A stretch of 63,923 bases of DNA, filler included, from an uncultured bacterium (GTDB lineage: Bacteria; Hinthialibacterota; Hinthialibacteria; Hinthialibacterales; Hinthialibacteraceae), in NCBI GenBank assembly GCA_964449065.1. It is 6 parts of 6 records of this genome, joined end to end, with 100 filler letters (N's around TTAATTAATTAA, not from the genome) between each part and the next. Parts side by side here need not be neighbours in the genome. Positions count along the whole stretch, not along the records: positions 34,539 to 45,860 come from CAYVAZ010000161.1; positions 45,961 to 57,264 come from CAYVAZ010000162.1; 4 more parts are not named here. The stretch is one strand, 5' to 3'. A program made the translations under genes and the position numbers. The notes beneath the pieces were generated by a model. It made no database searches and had not been told where the DNA came from. It saw nothing but the letters and a program-made list of their open reading frames with translations. Below, piece by piece: positions 40,449-50,500 of this stretch (within the stretch, counting starts at the first letter, position 1; every line of letters starts with the position of its first letter).

Positions 40449-40586
40449 ATGAATATGTTTCACTCCTCCTCTTTTGGAGTATGCCGAAATACACCAAAAC
40501 ATCTTTCAAAATGAGCAATATTCCGAATAGAAAATTCTTCGCCAATCCAATAGAATTTCTCTAAATCAAATGAAAGGAGAACCGAT

Positions 40587-40892
40587 ATGGATAATTCAGA
40601 GAAAAACATGAGTCGAATGAAGGTACTCATCAATCTATGCTTGCTCATCATCATAATTTTGCTGTGCATCATGGGGTACGCGATGTTCAATCTGATTCAA
40701 ATCAATCAGGTGGTAGGGATTCAAAGCAAGCGAATCCGGTCGTTGGAATTGGATGGACTTCACTATCAAGCCGCGATGGATTATTACCGGCAGCAAGTAT
40801 CCCAAGATGATCTGAGTGATGAGAATCGTAAAACCAACACGCAAATGGATTCAACGTTATCGCTACTCAGTATTCCCGATTCAAATTCTTAA
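40587..40892 (+). CDS. Small single-TM protein
   Basis: AAGGAG RBS; hydrophobic helix. Confidence 0.6.
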   Translation: MDNSEKNMSRMKVLINLCLLIIIILLCIMGYAMFNLIQINQVVGIQSKRIRSLELDGLHYQAAMDYYRQQVSQDDLSDENRKTNTQMDSTLSLLSIPDSNS

Positions 40893-40934
40893 TTCCAGAT
40901 TTAAAAAAAATACAAATAAAAAGGAGAAAAAAAC

Positions 40935-42149
40935 ATGAGACATACACAAGCAATTACTATTACGGCATTTATCGTATTATTCATTGGATCAAACAACAGC
41001 GAAGGCCGTATTATCACCATCAATCCAAACGGCGGTGCCGAATTCACAACCATTACAGCAGCGTTAGAAGCTTCAGCGGAAGGGGATCGGTTGCTCATCC
41101 AAGAAGGGAAGTATACAGAAGAAATTGTCCTCAAAAACCATCAAACATTGGAAGGAGAAGGCAATGTTATCCTTTCCAATCCAAACGGAACAACCATCAC
41201 TACGGCGGGCAATAATGAAATCCGAAACATCAGCATTATTGGTTCGGGGCAGCATGGAATTGCGGGGACCGACGTGGAATCCATCGTCATCGAATCGGTA
41301 TTGATTGAATCATTTAATCTTCAAAAAAGTATTGCACGAAAAGTAGTTCCCTTTGGGTATGATGCCACGTATGAAGCAATTTATTTGAACTCATCTGGCA
41401 CGATCGCTTCCAAGATATTTTTAAAAAAAATCCAAATTATGAATGGTTTTGGAGGGGGAATCAATATTTCATCATATAAATCTTCATCTATACAATGCAT
41501 ACTTGATAATGTTGAGGTAAGGAATATCGACGCCTCGAAGTTTATTACTTTTCCATCTGATTTCCCTGCAAGTCCTGGATTTCCCGGATTGTTTCTATTC
41601 AGTGCGGATATCAGCACACTTGAATGCACCATTGAAAATATGGAAGCAAAGGAAATTGGCAATTCAGGTGACGGCATTCTTGTTCAAACCAATGATACAA
41701 GCACAATGAAACTGACCATTCGTAGATACTTTTTTGACGATCCCACCGATATTGGTGGTCCCATTTCACAAGGTTTAGAATTTGCATCAGGTTCTCCCAA
41801 TTCATCCATTTATGCTATGATGGAAAATTCAGATATCTTGAATGCCCAACGTTCTTCAATAGGGAATTTCAATTGGTTTGGCACAAACAATGGATTAATC
41901 GATTTAGGAGGAGGCGAGTTGGGGAGTGAAGGTCGAAATCGATTTATCGGCAGTCCGTTTCACTTTGATGGAGCAGATTCTCTTCCGATAACGGCAAAGA
42001 ACAATTTTTGGGGGGAGAATTTCGAAAGCGACCTTTCGATTCACAGTTGGCAAGGCAAATTATCGGTCGACTATGAACCTTTTTTAGAGGATGATCCCCG
42101 GCCGAACGGATTCGATTCTTCAGTCAGCAATTGGGATATTTATGAATAA
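40935..42149 (+). CDS. Secreted right-handed beta-helix (pectin-lyase-fold) protein
   Basis: FTTITAAL..GDRLLIQEGKYTE, IDLGGG..S.GRNRF, AKNNFWG. Confidence 0.75.
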   Translation: MRHTQAITITAFIVLFIGSNNSEGRIITINPNGGAEFTTITAALEASAEGDRLLIQEGKYTEEIVLKNHQTLEGEGNVILSNPNGTTITTAGNNEIRNISIIGSGQHGIAGTDVESIVIESVLIESFNLQKSIARKVVPFGYDATYEAIYLNSSGTIASKIFLKKIQIMNGFGGGINISSYKSSSIQCILDNVEVRNIDASKFITFPSDFPASPGFPGLFLFSADISTLECTIENMEAKEIGNSGDGILVQTNDTSTMKLTIRRYFFDDPTDIGGPISQGLEFASGSPNSSIYAMMENSDILNAQRSSIGNFNWFGTNNGLIDLGGGELGSEGRNRFIGSPFHFDGADSLPITAKNNFWGENFESDLSIHSWQGKLSVDYEPFLEDDPRPNGFDSSVSNWDIYE

Positions 42150-42801
42150 CAAAACGAAGATCATTCTGGCGGATGACCATGAAATTATGGTCGAAGGATT
42201 GCGGGTTTTGTTAGAGAAGCAAGAGGGCTTTGAGGTCATTGGCATTGCAAACGATGGCCTCGAAGCCCTGCAAATGATTCAACAAGCCAATCCGGATATT
42301 GCCATACTGGATATCTCGATGCCTAATTTGAACGGATTGGACGCATCGGCACGAATTCATAAAGAGTTCCCGGATGTGAAAGTAATCATTTTGTCAATGC
42401 ACAAAGATGACGGATTTATTACCAAGGCCTTTGGAGGTGGGGCGAAAGGATATGTTCTGAAAAACAGCGCGTACCAAGAACTTGTTCAAGCAATCCAAAC
42501 CGTACTCAAAAACGAAGTGTATGTAAGTCCCAAACTGATGAGTACAGTCATGATGCAGTTCATATCCAAAAGTGATCCTACCAAGCAGAAATCACAACCC
42601 GAACTGACTCTGCGGGAACGGGAAGTACTTCAGATCATCGCCGAAGGCAAAACCGCGAAAGAAATCGCTTCCATGTTAAATATAAGTGTAAAAACAGCCG
42701 AAATTCACCGCCGGAATATCATGAATAAATTGAATGCCAAAAGTACGGCTGAACTGACGAAATACGCCATCAAAGAAGGGTTGACTGGTTTAGACTCTTG
42801 A
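42142..42801 (+). CDS. NarL/LuxR-family response regulator
   Basis: LADDH, LDISMP.LNG, GYVLK, LTLREREVLQ..G. Confidence 0.93.
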   Translation: MNNKTKIILADDHEIMVEGLRVLLEKQEGFEVIGIANDGLEALQMIQQANPDIAILDISMPNLNGLDASARIHKEFPDVKVIILSMHKDDGFITKAFGGGAKGYVLKNSAYQELVQAIQTVLKNEVYVSPKLMSTVMMQFISKSDPTKQKSQPELTLREREVLQIIAEGKTAKEIASMLNISVKTAEIHRRNIMNKLNAKSTAELTKYAIKEGLTGLDS

Positions 42802-42916
42802 TTTCCGATTAACTAATCCATGTTGCTTTTGCTACATTTGGACAACTGCTTTCTATGCAGAACTCTTGCATCCAATACAATAAGATAATTTTGCAATTTT
42901 TAAAAATCCGGGTATC

Positions 42917-43064
42917 AGGTCAGCCGTTTGAAGTAATGTTTCATTAAGTGTAATATATACAGCAAGTTACGAAAATTCTTATTAAACGATTCTTGAGTTT
43001 TTCTTTTTGTTTAACTAACTGAATATACTTGTGTTATAAAAAATCCACTTCATACCGCTGACCT
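42917..43064. mobile_element. 148-bp MITE with 18-bp imperfect TIRs
   Basis: AGGTCAGCCGTTTGAAGT vs reverse complement AGGTCAGCGGTATGAAGT (16/18); related end at 63875. Confidence 0.65.
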
Positions 43065-43304
43065 ATTACAAATGCTTCTTGGCAAATACACAAATAGAGA
43101 ATCAATAGATGGAAATCATAAAATGTTAGAATCAATGAAACCTTTAGAACCAGAGCAAGCGCAAATTAAAAGTTTAATCAATATTTAGTAGCGGATATAA
43201 TAGCAAATAAAAGGGATGCAGAATTATGGGGAAAGAGAATATGCAAACATGCCTCAATTGTATATTCATGGGGTAGTGGATTTGATCCATTCTTCGGTCA
43301 TGAC

Positions 43305-43888
43305 ATGTTAAAGCAAAATGATTTAGAGGATAAAATCCATCCCTTAAGTATTGATGAACAACAACGTCTGATTGATAGTATCGAATCATTCTGGAAACCC
43401 TACTTGCTTGTTGCGTTACTAACAGGGATGAGATTAAGTGAGTTATGGGGTTTAAAATTGAATGATATTGATATGGAAAATAGAGTAATTCATCTACTAC
43501 GTATGATCACAAGGAGTCTTGGCGGTCAATATGTTGAAGGACCAACCAAGAATGAATACAGCAAACGAGATATCGACATCAAAAACGATATATTGTGGAA
43601 AGCGATTGCTGATCAGAAGAAAACAGCAGAAGAGTTAGATTCTGAGTACTTCTTCTGCACGAAAGAAGGGTATCTATTTCATCAATCGAATTACAGATCA
43701 CGTATTGGATACCAGCCTTAGAAAAATCTGGATTGGAGTATCGTTCCCCTAAACAAACAAGACCCTCGTTTGCTACCAATTGTCTTTCTTTCAATGAAAA
43801 TCCTTCATGGATTGCAAAGATAATGGGACACAGATATCCTGAGATGGTGATAAAATTACTCAAGCGTATAGCAAATTGGATGGAATAA
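43305..43888 (+). pseudogene. Frameshifted tyrosine integrase remnant
   Basis: LLTGMRLSELWGL; after a shift near 43705, WIPALEKSGLEYRSPKQTRPSFAT..GH. Confidence 0.8.
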
Positions 43889-43940
43889 GTTAGGCGAAAT
43901 AATTAAATTCATTTACTATATGTTACAAATCTGAAGATGT

Positions 43941-43962
43941 ATTTGGTCAAAATTTGGTCAAA
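43941..43962 (+). repeat. Tandem 11-bp ATTTGGTCAAA, integrase arm-site-like
   Basis: Two copies between the integrase remnant and the tRNA. Confidence 0.55.
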
Positions 43963-44018
43963 AAGTGGATTGAAAAAGGCTAGCATTTATAAACAAAGCG
44001 AGTAAAATCAAGGAATAA

Positions 44019-44091
<73 letters not shown>

Positions 44092-44271
44092 TACTATTTT
44101 TTTCTGAGTTCAATTTCATCGCATATCACCAAAGCTATTTCGAATTCGCCATTATAATTCTTGCGTAGCAAACCAATTTTCTTTAGAATTGTTCAGAAAA
44201 AAAACATCTGCATCTTTCTTTCGCTGAGACCAATCGCCGCGCTTTCTCTACAATCCAAACTGGAATCGGTA

Positions 44272-45660
44272 TTATTCGTTTGAAAATTGATCCGGAAACC
44301 AGTCATACGTGGGCAGCCATGTTCCGTCTTTCAGTTGTATGCCTCTTAGAGAATATATGGTTTTGCCGTGATTGGCTTCCGGCTGCGTGGATAACTTTTG
44401 GATAATCGTTTGTTCGATTGGAGTTACCTCGCCCAAGTCAGAGATTCCGTTTTGATTCGCGTCTGCCCACAATGCGAGACCGCGTAACTCATGGCCGGAT
44501 AGATATCCATCTAAATTATCATCCAGCATGCTCATTGCTTGATAGCCGTTTTCCCAAAACAACCACCATGTGACCGAGCCGAACAATTGTTTGCCGGATG
44601 TGATTTTTCCACGCTGTTCCGGGTCCCACACCAAAATACAAGTATTCGGTTTTACCCATGACCAATAGGTCTCATTGCTGAAACCGTCCATCATAAATTG
44701 AACGTATGTATGAGGGGAAAGCAGTTCATCAATGCTTTTTGACGGCTGCAAAGACAGAATGATGGGTGTAATAAATCCTCCTTTTTCCTTTGCTATTTTA
44801 ATGGCTTTTGTTATCGCCTCCACTTCCCAGGCGTATTTTGGTTGGTTGGATTTGCTGCCAAGTACGCGAATAATACCCTGACCGGCTTCTATACCGATTT
44901 GGTTATCCCGGTTGTTTAAATTTCTGTATTCAACTGAAAGGTCTCTTGCGATCCCAATCGTAAACGCGCTGCGGTAGAACCGCAAACACTCTTGTTCCCA
45001 TATATTTGGGATAAACGCGGAGAGGGCCTGTTTTTGTTGGTCATCAATAGTTTTCCATGCTTGTTTGTAGGTATGAAAATGACTATGTTGATAGTTATTG
45101 AGCCAATATTCAAAGTTTATTGTTTCAGGATCACCTATCAAACGGTCATATAAAAGGTCAAAAATTTCATCGGATTGACTTTGCAAAGGTGGAAGCCCGA
45201 TCTCATTGTTGAATGGAAGCGCTTGTTCCATCATCCAGCCCAGACCTAAAAAATATAACCCCCGGGTTGGGTTTAATTCCGTCGCTGTTTGGTAATGTTT
45301 AATGGATAACAATAAATGGTTCTTTTGGGAATCACTGATGGAACCGTTCTCTACTTTAGCTTCGAGCAGTGAATCCCACGGCGCGAAACGGGGGACGGTT
45401 TTACGTATGGTTTTTTCATAATCCTCATACAGTTGAACGTTGATTGTGTCTTGTTTCGCGAAGGCCAGGCTGTGAGCCCTGCCCAAGAGATAATGTCCAT
45501 GTGCATCATCCGGATGGCTTTTAACATACGTTGATAGGTTCTCAATTAAGCGGTTTACCGGTACCGGATCGGTTAAGTCAACAAAAGTTGTGAAACCTTG
45601 ACGGGATAAAAAAACGGTGATTAAAATTGTCATCATCCATAGTTTGTTCATACCATTCAC
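44272..45660 (-). CDS. Secreted TPR protein with C-terminal calcium-binding domain of the kind found in RTX-type proteins
   Basis: HYLLGRAH and YFLGLGW TPR-like helices; TPIIL, QLFG, LDDNLDG, WADANQNGISDLGE. Confidence 0.7.
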   Translation of the reverse strand: MNGMNKLWMMTILITVFLSRQGFTTFVDLTDPVPVNRLIENLSTYVKSHPDDAHGHYLLGRAHSLAFAKQDTINVQLYEDYEKTIRKTVPRFAPWDSLLEAKVENGSISDSQKNHLLLSIKHYQTATELNPTRGLYFLGLGWMMEQALPFNNEIGLPPLQSQSDEIFDLLYDRLIGDPETINFEYWLNNYQHSHFHTYKQAWKTIDDQQKQALSAFIPNIWEQECLRFYRSAFTIGIARDLSVEYRNLNNRDNQIGIEAGQGIIRVLGSKSNQPKYAWEVEAITKAIKIAKEKGGFITPIILSLQPSKSIDELLSPHTYVQFMMDGFSNETYWSWVKPNTCILVWDPEQRGKITSGKQLFGSVTWWLFWENGYQAMSMLDDNLDGYLSGHELRGLALWADANQNGISDLGEVTPIEQTIIQKLSTQPEANHGKTIYSLRGIQLKDGTWLPTYDWFPDQFSNE

Positions 45661-45960
45661 CTCTGATGTCGCTTAAAAAAGTCGGAAATGAAATTATACC
45701 CCCAAAATTTTTGTGAAAATCATAGTGTTCCGTTTTGATTCTATGGCATTTAAGAATAAACGTACTTGTAGAGCATGAAGTCATGCACACGGCAGAGAAA
45801 ACGATCTGCCGGTTAAAAAAGTGTTTATACAGACGTGATTTGAGGTTGTTGCACGTTGAANNNNNNNNNNNNNNNNNNNNNNNNNNNNNNNNNNNNNNNN
45901 NNNNTTAATTAATTAANNNNNNNNNNNNNNNNNNNNNNNNNNNNNNNNNNNNNNNNNNNN

Positions 45961-47000
45961 ATAAATATTCCATCCGCGGACTCGCTAGGACCAAAGAATT
46001 CACTGATATCTTCAATAAAGCGTCTCGTTGTTGTACCGGTTTCTAAATCAACTTTAACCACTTCATCTTGAGGTTGAGAAGTAGATTGGCCGATGACAGC
46101 ATATAAGAATGAACCGGAAGGATCGACAACAATGTCACGAATGAAGTCTAATCCTGAAGGTGGAGTGAAGACAGAAATTTGATTCAATACCGGATTGCTT
46201 TCCTCCTCAAAAAGCGCTTCCGTATCGAATATATATAAGTCCCCATCTTTTGCTGTGGCGTAAATCCGGTTTTGATTCGGGCTTGGTGCTAAATCCAATA
46301 GATTAAATTCTACTGCAAGCGAATCCGCAAATGATTCTGTTTCAGGATCATAAACGGGAATAAAAGAATTGGATGTTGGATCAAATACAAAGATTTGATT
46401 TACAATGTTTTGTTTGTCATCACGGCCACCATAACCAAAGTATAATAAATTTGAAACAGGATGGATCACAAAACCACCTAATGTAAATAATGTAGATCTG
46501 CCCACATCCGAAAATAAATCTATGGTTTCGATAACCGTATCCGTGTTTGGATCAATGATATCCAATTTAAAATCACCTTTATCAACAGGATTTCCAACGA
46601 AATAAAGCACATAAATTCGATCGCCTTGGGGGGTAATCTCAACTTTATTAATATGCGTTTGGTCGGTTTCACCGATTGGTATTTCTTTTAGCAACGAGAA
46701 TGTGGCGGTATCTCTTACAACGACTCTATCCGGTGGGCCCGCTACATGTAAGTAAAGTTTGGTGGCTTCATGGTTTACCACCGATGATAAACCACCAGCC
46801 ATTATTTTTTGGTTAATGATTCGATCAGTGCTCGTATCCAGACTACTAAGCCCTGAACCGCCTGTTAAAAATGCAGTGATATCTTGAGAAAAAGTAAACT
46901 GCGATACGATGGCAATCACAAGAAGTGAATAACCGAAATATCTAATTGCATAAAACAATTGGAAGATTGTTACGGTAATTGATTTGATATTATATATCAT
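45961..47000 (-). CDS. YncE-like beta-propeller protein, truncated by contig edge
   Basis: TPQGDRIYV, IDPNTDTVIETI, SPNQNRIYA, DPSGSFLYA repeats. Confidence 0.75.
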
Positions 47001-47446
47001 GTTCTGTCTCCGTGTTTCAATGATGGATATACGTTAACGATAAGTATCATATCAAAAAGTTAAAAAATATCAGTCGTGGATTTTACCATTTTTTGTGGTA
47101 ATGATCAGGACGGAAATTGTAGGAAAATCCACCACAGGTTGTATACAAATCCACCACAGCACGGGGGGGCAATGTCATTGACTTAATAAAATTCCGGGCG
47201 ATTTGTGTAATAAAATAAGTTTTTGCGTTCTTCACACCACCCTCTGTCCTCCTTACACCGGACATTTTCCTCAATCATTTTGGGGGAGACAACGGCATCG
47301 GCAGGCTGGAAACCTGCACCACCATAAAAGACTGTTTGCTGTTCCGTCATTCATCGTGAACTTTTTCTATTTGAAAAATGGTATAACGCAATAAAGGAAT
47401 GACAATGACAGTATTTGTCTATCCAACTCTGAGACCTCTAGGGGCA

Positions 47447-47482
47447 TAAAAAAAGCCTCTTTCCCGAAGGAAAGAGGCTTTC
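47447..47482 (-). terminator. Intrinsic terminator
   Basis: AAAGCCTCTTTCC/GGAAAGAGGCTTT stem with A tract. Confidence 0.85.
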
Positions 47483-47500
47483 TCGTGATCATGGAAACAA

Positions 47501-50500
47501 CTACTGCAAGTTCGCGTCAATAAACGCGGCCCCGTCAACAAATACTTCTCCGCTGGACGGGTTAAACTGGTTCAAGAACGCCGGCAGGATGAAGTCTAAG
47601 TTTTTCGGCGGCCCGATTAAGTAACTCAGATCGGTAATCGCGCCATTCTCGCCTTGGTTCGGGTCGTAGGTGAGTTTGAGGATGCGGTAGAAGGATTGCG
47701 GTGCGCCCGCCCCGCTGCCGATGATGATTTCATCGCCGTTGGAGGAATCGCCGTCAAACTCTCCCTTGCCAACATTCAACGCGCCACCCGGATTCAAGGA
47801 GATATCACCGATCAACTGCTGTACGGAATTGGCAGGCCGTACAAAACCGGTTACCACGCCGCCTTCAATCACCGGAACGATTACGCTGATGAGGTTGCCC
47901 GGCTGGCCTTCGATCACGCTCTTGCTGGTGACAACGATTTCATTGGTGCCATTGCCGTCAAGATCCGCGACCACCACTTCAATCCCGCCGCGGCCTCGAA
48001 AGCCCGCGGGGAAGCCGACGAAGTTCCGGCGGACATGATTGCCGTCCGCGTCCACATCAATCACGGTGAATTGTGTTAATGAGGTCTCGCTGTTGGTTTG
48101 TCCCGCCAAGAGTTCATCCAGCCCGTCGTTGTCCACATCACCAGCCGCCAATGTGACGCCGCCGTTGGCGTTGTTATTCGCCGGGGTGTTATCCAATGGC
48201 TGGAACTGCACGACCGGACGCCATCTATTCTCGTCGGTGTTAAGTTCCCAAATCCGAACCAAACCACGTTCGCTGCTGGCGCCTTGGGCGGTGGCGATGA
48301 GGTTTTGGCCATCCGCCAAGAAGTCGCCGATGGCGGTACGGATTTCACCGCCGCTAAAGCGAACCGGATCACCGGTTCCAGCGGGGAACGCGTTGAAGGT
48401 TCGGCCGATTGGTCTTCGTTCAAACATATTGAACGGAATCACGATGTTCGGGAAGTTGGCGTTTTCCAGCACGGTACCGAAGGAGAATACGATATCCGTT
48501 TTGCTGTCGCCATCCAAATCACCGATTGAGAAGTATGTGGTACGGCCCCGGCCGCCACCGATGGCATTTAAGAACGGATCTGGAACTACCGGAAAGCCGG
48601 TAATGACTTGGTTTAGCCGGAATGGAGAATTCGGATCGAAGTTGCGGATTTGAACGCGGTTGCGGCCGCCTTGTCCTTGTCCCAAAACGATTTCATCTAC
48701 CGCTGGAACTTCGCCCGGGGTTTCGCCCGGTACCGGTGTTACGGTCGGGGTTGGTGTCGGCGGTGTTGGAACTTGGCTTTCGATAACAACGTTATCAATG
48801 GCCCACCACCAGTCGTTGGTCGCGTTCAACATGCCCCAATTTACCACCATCGTGGAAGCACCCGCGGGATTGTTTAATGCAACGGTCACGGTTTCATTGG
48901 GGAAGTCATCATGGAAGTCCGGTGAACTCGGATCCGATGACCAACGCAAGACTTCAACCGGAGAGGTTCCATCATACGAAACGGTAATATTCGCGGATTG
49001 TGTGTCCTCATCGCGCCAGCTGGAATCGAAAGTTAGGTTCACCGTGTTCGCTTCCACGCCAACCAATGAAATCGGCGGTGTGGTCAAGAAACTGTTGAAG
49101 GTGCCCAGATCGCCCGGCGAATCGATGTCATCCCATTCATCCGGGTCGGCAATCGCAACGGTTCCGATTCCATTGACAAATTCGGACCGTCTTTGATCGC
49201 CGGCGGTTTGTACCCACCAGTCTTTGTTGGCGAAGGACCAGCCGATCCATTCGTCAACGCCCAAACCAGTGTCGGCTCCGACAACGCCTAAGTTATCAAT
49301 GCTCCATCCATCCGGCGGGGTGTTGGTCCAAACGCCGGTGGCGGAGACTTCTTCTTCCACACTGTCACCAAGAGTTAAGCCTTCAAAGTCTTCGGTGAAC
49401 GGCAGCGGAAGCCCAGGTACAGGTGTTGGGGTTAAGGTTGGCGTTGGTGTAGGGGTCGGAATCAGAGGCTGCACGTCAACGTTTGATGGAATCAGCACAT
49501 TGTCAATAACATGGATCACACCGTTGGAGGCATCAATGTCAACAGACGTTATGTTGGATTGGTCAATTTGGATGGATTCGCCGCCTACAGTGACGGTTAA
49601 TGGGTCTCCGTTTACGGTTGCCAATTCCGTGGCACTTGCGACTTCAGAAGAAATGACTTGATCTGCCACAACGTGATAGGTCAGGATTTGTGTTAAAACC
49701 TCCAAGTTTTCTTCTAACAATAAGGCTTCCAATAGTCCTTCCGGAAGCGCTTGAAATGCATCATCGGAAGGCGCGAACACGGTAAACGGACCCGTGCCGG
49801 AGAGGGTTTCATCCAAAGCGGTAAGTTGCAGTGCCGCAACCAGGGTTGTGAAGGTACCCGCATTTGTTGCCACATCAACAATGTTTGGTAAATTTTCGGG
49901 GATCAGAACGGTATCGATGGCGTGAATAATGCCGTTCGAGGCTTCTATATCGGGATCGATAATATTGGCACCGTTAATTTGGATACCGGTATCTGTCTGG
50001 GAAAATGTAACCAATTGCTGATTGGTCGTTGCGGTTTCCGCAGATGACAACTGAGACACCGCAGAAGAGTTGAATTGACCCGGCAAAACATGATACAGAA
50101 GAATGTTTGCGAGTTCCGCTTGATTTTCCGGTAAAAGCAGCGATTCCAATGTTCCTTCAGGCAGGGCGTTGAACGCGTCGTTGGTTGGTGCAAACACAGT
50201 AAATGGACCTTCACCCTTTAACACTTCAACCAGATTCGCTGCTTCAATCGCCGCGACCAATGTCGAAAATGTTTCCACGCTGGTTGCGGTATCAACAATG
50301 TCTGCCAAGACCACAGGAGTAGGCGTTGGAGTAGGGGTTGGCGTAAAAGTTTCCGTAGGTGTAGGTGTTGGCTCTGCCGCATCGACGGCGATGTTTCGAA
50401 CTGTTGCGTCGCTGCCATCATATGCGAAAAGTGAGAAAGAAACTTGAGCGATTGTTGCCGAACTGATTTCCAGCCTTGCACTGACATTACCGCCGGCTTG

